From positions 186,001 to 250,000 of the forward strand of contig NW_013657654.1 of assembly GCF_000142905.1 (NCBI RefSeq): DNA of 64,000 nucleotides, read 5' to 3'. A program made the position numbers and the translations under genes. The notes under the pieces were generated by a model that saw nothing but the letters and a program-made list of their open reading frames with translations, was not told where the DNA came from and ran no database searches. Numbering within the stretch: position 1 is the first letter of the stretch; each line of letters begins with the position of its first letter. Of the stretch, positions 43,801-55,271 are shown piece after piece. The DNA comes from Thecamonas trahens ATCC 50062 (Eukaryota; Protista; Apusomonadida).

Positions 43801-46481
43801 AGGTATCGTCCTCGCGGCCGAGTTTTTCGTACTCAAAGCCGTGGAGGGTAGCGATGGCGATAAAGACGTCTTCAAGGTCCGCGTATGAGACGCCCCACTC
43901 TGTAACGGGCGAGTCCTGGGCGGCAGCGTAGGCCTCAACGCGGGCGAGGACGGTCGCCATGACATCGTCGACAATGTCGGGAGGGAGCTTGAAGGAGAGC
44001 GAGCCTGCGTTTGCGGCGGTGAGGCGGGCGCCTGGCGCCATGTCCTGAATGGCGGCGGTGACGGCGGGCGCGTCAGCAGGACTGGTGGAGAGGGCGATGC
44101 GATAGCCGCCGCCATACTTGGCCTTGAGGTGGAGGGTGGAGCCGAGGCCGCGAAGGCGGCCGTAGACCATGACGCCGACACGATCGGCGAGGACCTGGGC
44201 CTCTTCCATGTCGTGCGTGGTGAGGATGACGGCGCGGTCTGCCTTGAGGCCCTGGATCATGGTCCAGACCGAGGTTCGAGTCACGACGTCGAGCCCAGTG
44301 GTCGGCTCGTCGAGGACGACAAGGTCTGGGTCACCCATGCAGGCGATGGCAATTGAAGTTCGGCGCTTCATGCCGCCGGAAAAGGTGGAGACGCGATGGT
44401 GCGCGACCGAGGAGAGCTCGACCATGGCCAGCTTTTCTTCGACCTGGTCGGCGAGGTACTGGCCGGAGAGGCCTTTGAGCTTGCCAAAAGGTACAAGTGC
44501 TCGGTAGGAGTGAGCTCGCCGTAGAGAATGTCGTGCTGCGGACAGACGCCGATGGCGCGGCGGACCGAGTCAACGTCGTCGATGACGGAAGCGCCAAAGA
44601 CAAAGGCGTTTCCAGACGAAGGTGTGAAGAGGCCGGTAAGAACGTTGATGAGGGTGGTCTTGCCGGAGCCGTTGGGCCCGAGGATGCAGAAGAGCTCACC
44701 GCGGCGGACGCGGAGGCAAAATGAGACGAGGGCATGGACACGCGATGACGACCAGGGGTTGAGGGCAGCAAGCGCTGGAGCGTAGGTCTTGGAGAGGCCG
44801 ACAACGGCGAGGCCGTCGTAGGCAGTGAGGGCGTCAAAAGAGGCCGGCGCGTTGACGGCAGTGGCGATGGCAGCGCGCTCAGCGGCGACGTCCGAGTCTT
44901 CGACGATTGCAAGGTCTGGGTCGACAACGGCGGTAGCGAGCGAGCCGGACGAGCGGGCGCGCGAGCACGAGAGTGACAAGCCCCAGTAGGAGGGCAGAAG
45001 AAAGTAGTAGGGCGGCTTGGGTGAGCCGTGCTCGCCCGGGATGACGTTATCGAGGTAGAGGGCGAGGACGCCAAAGACGGCGGCGTTGACAAGGAGCCAG
45101 TGGTACGAGTCGATGGGGGCCGGGATGTTGATGTCAAAGGTGAAGAGCTTCTCATGGCGAGTCTTGTAGAGGTCAGCCCAGGAGAACCCGGGCCGCGGAC
45201 CATGAGGCCTTCGGCAAAGTTGAGCGAGGTGGAGGAGCGGGAGGCGATGTCGTAGTACGCCTTTGCGAGGTTGAACGGCGGGTACATCTGGAGAATGTAG
45301 CGGACGGCGAGGACCCAGGGCTTGACGGAGCCCGAGTAGAGGAGGTCGATGAGGACACCCGAGCCGGAGCAGAGGATGGACTGGAAGACAAAGCCGACGA
45401 GGATGATGCCGTAGCCGACGGTCTGGGCTGTTTTGACGCGCTGGACGAGGGTCGAGGCAAAGAAGGCGAGGGCGACCGAGGCAAGGCCAAAGAGAAAGAA
45501 GAGGAGGAAGACGGCCGGCGGCGAGGCGCGGAGGAAAAAGTCAAACTGGCAGGCGGCGCCGGTGGCCATGAGGATGGCAGTGGAGAGCGCCACAAAGACG
45601 AGGGCGGTCTGGAGCCATGTGGCCCAGTAGACCGAGTTTGAGAGGCCCATCATGCGCATGCCGACACGGAGGCGATCCTCCTTCTCGCCGACGACGGCGG
45701 TGAGGATGAGGAAGAAAATGACCATGGGCGGAACGTAGAACCAGACGCCGCCATTTGCGGCGACGACGTCATAGCCTGCGAGACGGAGCTTGGGCCGCGG
45801 GAACGACTGCCAGGAGACGTCAAAGTCGACGGAGCGGCCGGTCCGGAGCTCGAGCTCTGCAGCGTCGAGGGCGAGCTTGAGGGTGGCGGCGTAGTTGATG
45901 TGATCTGTAGCGTTGTAGTAGAGGATGTAGCCGACTTCTGGCGGGAGGTCCGGCCCAAACTCAGGGCCGAGGACGTAGGCCGAGTAGAGGAGGACGACGT
46001 TCTGAGTCTGATTGGGGTGGGCGAGCATGTACTCGGTGAGGGTGGCGTTGTCGGCCTCAAAGGCGGCGATGGCGGAGGGCAGATCCTGCGACGGCGGGCG
46101 GCGAGGGCAGACCGAGCCATCAAAGGTGGCGTTGAAGTCGAGACCAGCCCGGGATGCGACCGAGGCCATGAGGCGATCGACCCATGGCACGTTGTTGGGG
46201 CAGTAGACGACGGTCTTGCACGGTGCCCCGTTGTGGGAGGTGCAGTGCGGGAGGGCGGTGAGCGGGATGACGTCCGGATACGGCTCGGACTGGCCGAGCA
46301 CGTAGTTGGAGACGCCCTGGAAGGCGAGGAGGAGCAGAACGATGGCGAGCGGGCAGAGGAGGATGCCGAGGCTGGCCTTGTAGCGACGGAGGTAGATGAG
46401 GGCGTGCTTGCGGGAGAGGACCGAATACTGTGTGGCGAGGGTGGAGGCGCGGGAGAGGGCGCGGGCAAGGGTGCGGCCCAT
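40894..46481 (-). CDS. ABCA-subfamily full-size ABC transporter; four one-base breaks (~45187, ~44487, ~41826, ~41068)
   Basis: EKEDRLRVGMRMMGL, LGPNGSGKTT, IGVCPQHDIL, FSGGMKRR, LDEPTTGLD, ILTTHDMEEA. Second half: EKSLKLREMMKTMGL, LGENGAGKTT, LSGGMQRRLS, LDEPSTGLD, LTTHSLHEA. Confidence 0.92.
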
Positions 46482-46657
46482 GGTGGGCGGGGGAACGTGG
46501 GTGAAGTGGGGGGGAAAGAGTTCGGGGAACGCGGCGAGTTGCGGGTGGTGTGGCGTGGTGTGACCGACGAGTGTCGCCGCGGCGAGTAACACATGTCGGG
46601 CACGGCGCATGTGCCGGAATTTGGCTGACGGCAGGCGCGAGGGTGGGGGGAGTGTTA

Positions 46658-48185
46658 CTAGGACGAGGCGGCCGAGGAAGCGGCGGCAGCCGAAGAGCCT
46701 TGCCAGTCGACGTAGTCGGGACGCTCGATGGCCTTGTACTCATCCATGAGATTCTGGACGACCTCGCGTGAGTCATCAAACTCGTCGAGCGAGTCGGCAA
46801 ACATGGGAAGCTTGGTAAAGTGCTGCATGTACATGCGGCGCTTGCGCATTGGGTCGAAAGAGGCAGCGATTTCGACAAACTTGGAGTTGATGGAGGTGTG
46901 GTTGGCGAGCATGAGGCCGGTGACGCGGTGAGCCGACTCGACGTAGGGCGAGCGGCGCGAGAGGGCGACCTGGATGGAGGCCGGGCCCCAGGGGATGAAG
47001 TTGCAGAGCTTGCGTTGGCGGATGCGCTGGAGGGCCTTGTGGACCTGGGTCGGGTCGACCTCACCCTGGATGATGTTGAGGATGGAGAGGTAGCAGCCGA
47101 CCTTGAGGTCGGCGGAGAGCATGATGTTCTGGGTCTGGAGAAGGCGGCGCATGACGTCGAGAACGGTGGTCTTGCGGACCGAAGTGGAGACAGACGAGAC
47201 AGAGAGCGGCGTGTATCCGGTCATCATAAAGTGGCAGCGCGGGGTGGGGATGAGCGAGGACACCAGACCGACAAGGTCGTTGTTCATGTACCCGGGGTAC
47301 CTGAGCGTGGTGGTGGAGGCAGCCATGACGGTAGAGACAATTTCGTTGATCTGCTTGTGGGTGGGCGACTCGATGTGGAGGCGCTCGGTGGCGATGCGGT
47401 CGAGAGCGGCGTTGTCCAGCACCACCACACAGTCGGCGTTGAGGACTAGGCGCTTGAGCGCGAGCATCGAGTTGTACGGCTGGACAACAACGTCCGACGA
47501 CTCGGCCTGGTTCGGGAAGACCGAGTATGTCTGGATGAGCTTCTTCGGGTACCGGTCGTTGAGCTTTTCAAGCAGGTTGGAGCCCATGCCCGACCCGGTT
47601 CCGCCCGAGATCGAGTGGGTGAGGAGAAAGCCCTCGAGTGAGTCGGAGCCGTCGGCCTCGCGGTCAAGCATGTCCAGGATCTTCTCCTGCACGGCCTCGG
47701 CCTTGGTGTAGCCGGTGCCCCAGTTGTTTCCTGCTCCACCGCCCTCGGCGTCAATGAAGATGTTCTCCGGATTGAACAGGTTTCCGTACGCGCCGGTCTG
47801 GATGGGCTGGATGACCCGAGGCTCGAGGTCGAGCAGCAGGGCGCGAGGAATGTAGTGGTCGTCGTCGGCCTGGTAAAAGAACACATCCTTGCGGTCAGTT
47901 CCCTCGACAGCGTGCGGGCTGGGGGGAGGGGGAGAGGGGGGGGGGAGTGAGTGAGTGAGTGGGCGGGGTTGGAGGAGTCGAGGGCGCCAAAAAATGGCGC
48001 CAAAGACGATAGCATCACACGACACGGTAGGGAGTGGGCGGCAAGGAGGGGGGGGGAGGGGGGAAGGCGTACGCAAGCATGCCGTCGGGCGAGATTCCAT
48101 GCTCGGCGCAGAGACGCTCCCAGAACGCCATGCCAATTTGGTTTCCGCACTGGCCGACCTGCAGCGTGATCATTTCGCGCGGCAT
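46658..48185 (-). CDS. TUBG1: Gamma-tubulin; intron 47919-48072
   Basis: [94 protein letters not shown]. Confidence 0.96.
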
Positions 48186-48463
48186 GGTGGGCGGGGGAGG
48201 CGGGAGTGGGGAGGTGGGAGGTGGAAAGTGCGGTGAAAGGTGCGTTGCGACGAGTGGCGGTCGGTGGCCGGCCAGCAGCCAGTGGTGGCGGGCAGCGACC
48301 GGCTGGTGGTTGGTGAACCTGGTAGGGCGAACTAGGCTGGATGGTGCGTGAGGGTGCGAGGTGTGTTGGAGCAATCGCCTTCTCTCGCACCTTCTCGCCT
48401 ACAGTCTCGTGCGTGGTCTGCCGGGTGCGGGTGCGAGTCACAGCGACAGACGCGGGCGCCATT

Positions 48464-49249
48464 ATGCCGCTCGGCCTGCGCGTGTCTGCCGGCGAGCTCC
48501 TGCTGGGCGGATACCTCGGGCTGCTTGGAGGACTGGCGGTGGTGATGTGGCTGAGGCGGAGCGGGAAGCTACCGCTGGCATGGGCGAGTGAGTGGGCAGG
48601 AGAGACGGGCCAAATTGCGAGCGCAATGGGCGCAGCTGTGGTGGTCGCCCAGCTTACTCTTGCCGCCGTCGTGCACGGCGTGCGGAGCGTGCAGGCCAAG
48701 GCTGCCCAGTGGCGCACCGAGCGCGCAGCACTCCAGCTCGTCGCCCGCTTGATGCCGGCCGCGGAGCGAGTCCGGCTCAAGCTCAAGTCGGGTGAGGCGG
48801 CGGTAGTGGCGGGCCTCATTGTCGAGATCCAAGTAGTGGGCCGTCTGCCGGACGCTGTGCCTGACAACAGCAGCGGACGCAGCGAGCCATCGCACACGCG
48901 GCGAGTGGTAGCGCGTAACATGCGGCTCGCAGTCCATACCCGCGGCGGTGCGCTCATCCTAAGCGCCGACGCACACCCGAACGCGTCCTCTCCGATCACG
49001 GTCCCGAGCCGAAGCATGGCAAGTGCTGCGGCGCGCGAGGTCTTGGCAGGCTCTCATGTGGTGGCTTCTCAACTGCGGTTTGCAGTGGACCCGAGAGTGG
49101 AACTCAAAGCAGACGGCGACAAGCCAGCGCCGTGGGCCGATGCCGGCGTTCCGTTTGCATCCGTTACGCTTGAGTACGACAACGTCCTCACCGGCGAACT
49201 CGCTCACGAGGAGCAAACGCTGCGATATGTGCTTCAGGCTCGCGACTGA
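48464..49249 (+). CDS. Hypothetical protein with two N-terminal hydrophobic segments
   Basis: Open frame of ~261 codons divergent from gamma-tubulin. LLLGGYLGLLGGLAVVMWL and AAVVVAQLTLAAVV are TM-like. Confidence 0.55.
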   Translation: MPLGLRVSAGELLLGGYLGLLGGLAVVMWLRRSGKLPLAWASEWAGETGQIASAMGAAVVVAQLTLAAVVHGVRSVQAKAAQWRTERAALQLVARLMPAAERVRLKLKSGEAAVVAGLIVEIQVVGRLPDAVPDNSSGRSEPSHTRRVVARNMRLAVHTRGGALILSADAHPNASSPITVPSRSMASAAAREVLAGSHVVASQLRFAVDPRVELKADGDKPAPWADAGVPFASVTLEYDNVLTGELAHEEQTLRYVLQARD

Positions 49250-49680
49250 GGCCTCTTAATGGAAAGCATGATGCCGTTTGGTGCGAGACATGACACACGT
49301 GATTCGAGGCGCCGCTGGCGGATGCCGGTTGAAAAAAAATCGGTTATTGGGAGGGCGAGGGCGAGGGGGCGCCAGACTCCACCACCACCAACGGAACTCA
49401 AACAGACTTTCTATCTCAGACCTCACTCCCCCTTCCTTCACACGTAGCAAAACACACCTTGTCTTGTGGCTAGCAAGGTGCGAGGAAGTTGTTGGGCGGA
49501 GAGAATGTGCAGGGCGGGCGGGGGGTTGGGGCGTTTGTGGTTGAGCAATGTTGTGAAAACGTGGTCGACGGATGCGTTTGTTATTTTTTGGGTGTTGGGG
49601 GGACCACCCGCGGAACTCTTACTCAAACACCATGCCCGGAAGTGTTGACACCCCCTTCCCAACGGCAGGCAGAGTAGCAA

Positions 49681-52600
49681 ATGCGGTGGAGTTCCACGAC
49701 TATTTGCCTTGCGCTCGTGCTAGGATGGTTGACCCTTTCGGCTGTGGCAGTGACGCAACGGCGAATCATCCCTATCGACAGCTACGGCGCCCAACCGTCG
49801 CTTCGGTTCTTCCAGTTCATTTCGGCGGGTTCGCAGCTGACCGTGGCGATGCGCGAGTTTGCGGACACGTACACGGCCGAGTCGAATGGGACGGAAGTCG
49901 TGTCTGTGATGCGAACGAATCTCAACGAGATTGACGACCGCGCCGTCTACGAGTATTGGCTGCGGACGATCGGAGCGCCGGACGTGCTGCAGATCTACCT
50001 TGGCGCCGGCTCCAAGGACTTTATCAACAGCGGACACTACCTCGACCTCTCGGAAATTTGGGAGCGTTACGGATACGACGGCGATATCATTGAGGCTGCA
50101 GCCGACTTTGTGCTAGGCGACGACGGCAAACCGTACGCGATTCCCGCGATGGCGACGGGTAACATTTGCGTGTACCGCGGACACATTTTTGACAAGTACA
50201 ATCTCTCGCCGCCAAAGACGTGGGCGGAGCTCCTGGAGGTGTGCGCCGTGCTGACTGCCAACGGCGAGGGCTGTCTCGGGCACGATCTGGAGTGGATGGC
50301 GCCGACGCAGTACTTTGACAACCTCGCCATTCGCATGCACGGCAACGACTTTTACTCGCAGTTCCTCCTCGCCAACGTGTCGTTCACGGACCCTCGGATC
50401 CGGGCAACGTGGGCGCAGCTTCTCCCGCTCATCGACCGCGGCTTCTGGTCGCGCAAGCCCAAGCTCGATCAGCCCGGGCGGTTTGCCCTCGACTGGCTCC
50501 CACACTTTGCGTCGGGCGATGTGACGTTGTGGTGCGGCTTTGACTCGATTGCTGCTGGCGCTGTCCCGTTGGGCGCGCCCGCTGAAGACATTCTGGCCTT
50601 CAAGTTCCCGGACTACCACGGGTCGGGGATGACTGTCGAGAACGGGCCTGGCAACAACGGAGCGCTGACGGCGATCATTGCATTCGGCGTCCCCATCAAC
50701 TCGGCCTTTCATGAGCGCGCGCTCAAGTTTGTCGACTACATGGCCAACACCACGAACCAGGCGCGGGTGGTGATGAACAACAAGCCGGGCATTTACACGC
50801 CGCGGCGCTCGCTGCGGGACCTGCTGAAGTCGAATCGGACGCGGCTGACATATGAAGAGCTGGTCAAGGCCGATCGCGCGTTCGAACGGTCTAGCCTTGG
50901 TGGCTTTGGCTTTGTAGAGGTTCTCTCGCAGTGGCAGAACCTGACATTTACGCTGCTTAGCATGCCAACGGCCTCGGAGGCGTTTGCAGTCTTTGACGCC
51001 GCAGCGCCGCAGCTGGAGGCTGTCCGACTCTCGGCAGTGCTGAAGCAGACGGCGTCACCCGAGGCTCAGCCCCCTTCGGGCTCGTTCTCCGAGCCTGTTG
51101 AAGTGACGCTGACCTCGCTCACGCCTGGCGCCGTCATCTACTACACCATCGACGGCTCTGCTCCGTCGCTCACCTCGACCATCTACGCAGGCCCTGTCCG
51201 GCTGTCATCGTCGGGCACGATCACGTTGCGAGCGGCGGCCAAGGCTGGCGATCTCAAGCTCTCCGATGTGACTGCAGCGTCGTACGCGCTCACCCTGCCT
51301 GTGCCTCCGCCAGACTCGGGGCTTGGCCTCCTCCTCGCCATTCTGCTCCCTGTCCTCGCGTGCGTTTTGCTCTCGACCATCATTGCAGGATACATCTTCT
51401 ACCGGCGCAAGGCGGTGACGTACAAGTTGAGCTCAGACTCGGACCTTGTCATTGCTCCCGAGGAGCTCACGCTGGGCAAAGCGGTGGGAGCCGGCTCGTA
51501 TGGCACGGTGTACGCCGGCAAGTGGCGGGCGACGGCGGTAGCGGTCAAGCGGACGCGGACCAAGAACATGACACCTGCCCAGCTCCGCGAGTTTGTGGAC
51601 GAGGCAAGCATGCTGCTCCGGCTGCGGCACTCCAACGTGGTCATCTTCATGGGCATTACCCTCGAGCCGCCGCAGCTCGTCACCGAGTTTATGGACCGCG
51701 GCTCGATGTACGACGTGCTTCACTCCCCGAACCTCTTCCTCGACCCTTCGATTGTCTTCAAGTGGTCGCACAACATCACGCAGGGCCTGGTCTACCTCTC
51801 GCACGCTGGCGTGGTGCACGGCGACTTTAAGTCGCTCAACGTGCTCTTTGACTCGTCGTGGGTACCCAAGATCTGTGACTTTGGCATGTCGTCGGTCAAG
51901 GGCGACGCTGCGCTGTCGGCCGCCGACGACCGCTCCAAGCGGAAGCGCCGCAAGGGCAAGTCCAAGGTCGGGCCGGCTGACAAGGCTGGCCTTGTGAAGG
52001 ACCCGTCGCTGCCATCGCTGCCTTCGGCGTCGACCAAGTTTGGCTCCAGCACCGGGCTTTCGGACCTGTCGTTCTCGTCGTCGATGACGGCCACAATGGT
52101 CGACGACGGCGCACCGGTCAATGTGGGCACGGTCTTCTGGTCGGCGCCCGAGGTTCTTGTCAACGGCTCGGATGCCATGACCCCGGCGTCGGACGCGTTC
52201 TCGCTCGGAATCACGCTATGGGAGCTCGCGACGCGTGCGGACCTGTATCCGGGCGAGAATGCGCTCGCGGTGGCGCTGGAGATTGTCAACGGCCGCCGGC
52301 CGTCGACCGACATTGTCCCGGCTGCCTTTTCGCCGCTGCAGCCGATCTTTGTTGCGCTCTGGGGCGAGAACGTGGACCGGCGGATGACGCTTGACGCGGC
52401 CGAAGCTGCGCTTGCCGGCCTGTACTCGCCGGCGCGCGTGGTGTACCCGACGACGGCCGAAGACCCGTCAGGCGAGATCCTCGCCGTCCACTGCTGCCTC
52501 CGTGGTGCGCGGAAGCTTCTCCGTGCCGACCTCGAAGTCGCTGCCGGCGCACTGCGGACGTTCCACACCATGGTGCCCGAGTTTGCGACTGAGCTTGGCG

Positions 52601-54032
52601 TCTCTGTCCTTGCGTGGGGCCTGGGCTGGGTCACGCTCGCGGTCCACCGGCCGCATCAGCTTGTTTCGCTCGAGCAGCGGCTGACGGAGCTTCTTATTCC
52701 GCCGGGCACTGGTGTGGCCATGGTGGCCGCGCGGGGTGATGTTGAGATTGTCGAGTCACCAACGTACGACTCGCGCGAGCTCGCCGGACCAGTCATGATC
52801 GAGCTCAAGCAGGCGTGGACCGAGCTGTTTGGCATCGAGAACGATGCATTCCTTGGCGACAACGAGATCGGTGGAACGAGCGGACTTGGCGTTAGCACGA
52901 CTCCCAAGCCGTCGTGCCCGCCCAAGGCGAGCATGTGGGAGAAGACAGTGCCGAGCGGCTTGTTTGTTACCTCGCGCTCGGTCGTGACTGAGCTTCAGGT
53001 CGGTGGAAAGTGCCACGCACAGCCGCTTCCGTGGAAGCTCGGCGGCGGGGCTATCGAGGTTTTCCAGGTCGTGCCTATCGGCGCACCGACGGTCGTCGAC
53101 GTGCTCGCGCGTGCAGCCGGAAGCCCCGTTGCCGGAGTCGCCACTAGCGAGATGAGCGCCAGTGGCCCAGATATCGAACAGGCCGATGACTGGCTCTTCT
53201 CGCGAGAAGACGTGGTGGCGCTCGTGAAACAGAGCGGGCGGAGCTGGATGGGCTCGTTTGCTACAGCCCACGAGGCAGACACAACCTCGTCGAAGCAGCT
53301 GGTCGTCAAGACGCTGCTTCGGCAGGAGCTGAACGCGATGGACGTGGTCCAGCTGGCGGAGCTGGCGGTGCGGGCGATGCAAGCGACGTGCGAGGGGTCG
53401 TCGGCCCCGTTGGCGTCTGCCTCGACAAGCCAGTTCTCTCGGTCCTTGTCCCGCGCTACGACGCGGGTACGCTCCTCGACGCCATGTCAGGCTCGTCCCC
53501 GCTGGTCCTCAACGCCGCCGCCATGCGTGTGGTCATGGGAGACCTGACTGCAGCGCTCGCGCGGCTGCACGTGGCAACGCAGCAGGCGCACGGCTCGCTC
53601 CGACCGGGCAACGTCGTGCTCGAGGCTGCCGGGACGACCATCACCGCCGCTCGCATCATTGACTTTGGCATGGATGGCATCAAGGCCAACATGGGCACCA
53701 TGACCATGGTTCCTTCGGTCGCATACATGTCGCCCGAGTCGCTCCGCGGCGACGTCAACAACGTTGCCGGTGACGTCTTTGTCATCGGCACGCTCCTCTA
53801 TGAGCTCATCTCTGGTTCGGCCGCTTTTTCGGGCTCTAACGCCCTCGAGGTTGGTTACCGCATCTCGTCCGGCTTCCGCCCGCCCGTCAACGCCACCGCC
53901 GTCCCCTCGGACCGCGTTCGCGGCATCATTTCCTCATGCTGGGTTGACGACGCTGCCTCACGCCCTTCCATGTCTGAGCTGGTCACCTCAATCGCAGCCT
54001 GCTCTAACGTCGACTTTATTTCCAAGAAGTGA
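49681..54032 (+). CDS. Receptor kinase: signal peptide, sugar-ABC-type solute-binding domain, Fn3-associated/CHB_HEX_C-like domain, TM, TKL kinase, degenerate cyclase-like region, second (pseudo)kinase; one-base break at 53394-53397
   Basis: SBP: APDV..., DGKPYAIP, YRGHIFDKYNLSPPKTWAELLEVC, ALKFVDYM. Fn3-associated: PPSGSFSEPVEVTL..PGAVIYYTIDGSAPS. TM LLLAILLPVLACVLLSTIIAGYIF. Kinase: VGAGSYGTVY, VAVK, HGDFKSLNVL, DFG, GTVFWSAPE. Second kinase: HGSLRPGNV, DFG, YMSPE. Confidence 0.88.
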
Positions 54033-54366
54033 TGATGACCAAGACTGTGACATTCCATTCCGTTGTGTGGCACACCGAGTGTGCGACACAGTGCCTGTGA
54101 CAGGCTTGCGACACGGTGCCGTTGTCGCTTGACAGCGGCAGTCCGGCAGAGCAGCCGAGTGGGGCCACTGGCCACAACCGCGATTTTTATTTTTCCTCCA
54201 TTAAACCGCACAAGCATTCATACAACTTGTACACACTGGCAGTGTATTCACTAGCAGAGGAGGGTGTTCATACAGGAAGGAATCGGCTTTGGAGGAGGCG
54301 GCTCGCATCGGCGCGCGTCAAGTCGGCAGCAAGCTGGCCCCGAGTCTGGCGGACGCACCGGGCGCG

Positions 54367-54449
54367 TGCGGATGTGCGGGCCTGCATCTGATGGCAGTGA
54401 CCGTCACCGTGACGGTCACTGCGATCAGAGCCAGGCCCGCACATCCGCA
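54367..54449. repeat. Near-perfect palindrome: 41-bp arms, 1-nt centre, 3 mismatches
   Basis: TGCGGATGTGCGGGCCTG-CATCTGATG-GCAGTGACCGTCAC C GTGACGGTCACTGC-GATCAGAGC-CAGGCCCGCACATCCGCA. Confidence 0.93.
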
Positions 54450-54454
54450 AACGC

Positions 54455-54612
54455 TCATAAACAGCAAAAATCAAACCAAAACGGCTAAAAAATATCATTT
54501 TGATATATGTTTTGTAGTTACAGCTGTTGTATTTTAAAATTTTACGTGTAGTCTATATAAGTATATATTTATTTGTCGAGATAATATATGCTTATAGTTG
54601 GTATTGCAATAC
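54455..54612. other. Strongly AT-rich island
   Basis: Hand count gives 28 G+C in 120 nt (54481-54600), in an otherwise GC-rich window. Confidence 0.9.
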
Positions 54613-55271
54613 AGAAGCAGCCCCCCCCCCCCCCCGCCATCGTCTTGTGATCACCTTTAGCGCCCTCGATACAGTTGCTTCACCCCTGTTTTGCATGTCA
54701 ACGGGTGGCTTGCTATGTTCCCCGACTATTACAATGACAGATGTGCTCGTGGCTGCTCCAACTCTTGAGATATCGCCGAATAACGTGTTTCGCGGCGCTG
54801 GTCTCGACCGAGCCAAGCGCCATATTGTCGCCTGCCATCTCATATCGTCATGCTCGCTTTGGGCAAACGCCAGATCTTGGTCCACAATCTCTTTCCTCCA
54901 AGCAAACACAGTTTGGCAGCGTTAGCTGGTTAGCGCCGTAAGCAACAAGGCGTACACCATCGCTTCGCATGTTCCCGATCTTGATACCACTTCCACCGCC
55001 GTTTCCCGGCGCAGCAAACCATGCATGTCTCGTCTACGTGATGCTGCTCTACTGCAATGTAATCTTGCCGCACCGCAGTCTGGCTGAGGCGGAGCGGCAG
55101 GACAGATCCGGTCAGGATCTGGCGCAAATCCAAGAAAGACGAAAGTTAAACGCGCCAGGTCAGCAGCCGTCAGTCCGCATCGATCGGCTCGGCAACAACC
55201 CCGCTTGCCTGGTCCCGACCCCGGCCCTGCGCAGCATCCTCGCACACTCCACATCACCGACGCCAACCACA

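Noticed and set aside
15099-46481. TOP2, TBC and ABCA as pseudogenes
   Set aside because: Motifs are intact, there are no in-frame stops once repaired, and all breaks are single-base homopolymer shortfalls typical of sequencing error.
54592-55133. Short minus-strand ORFs (e.g. HHVDETCMVCC...) as a transposase relic or Helitron end (CTAG at 54251)
   Set aside because: The resemblance is limited to a few residues, and there are no TIRs, target duplication or subterminal hairpin at the expected position.
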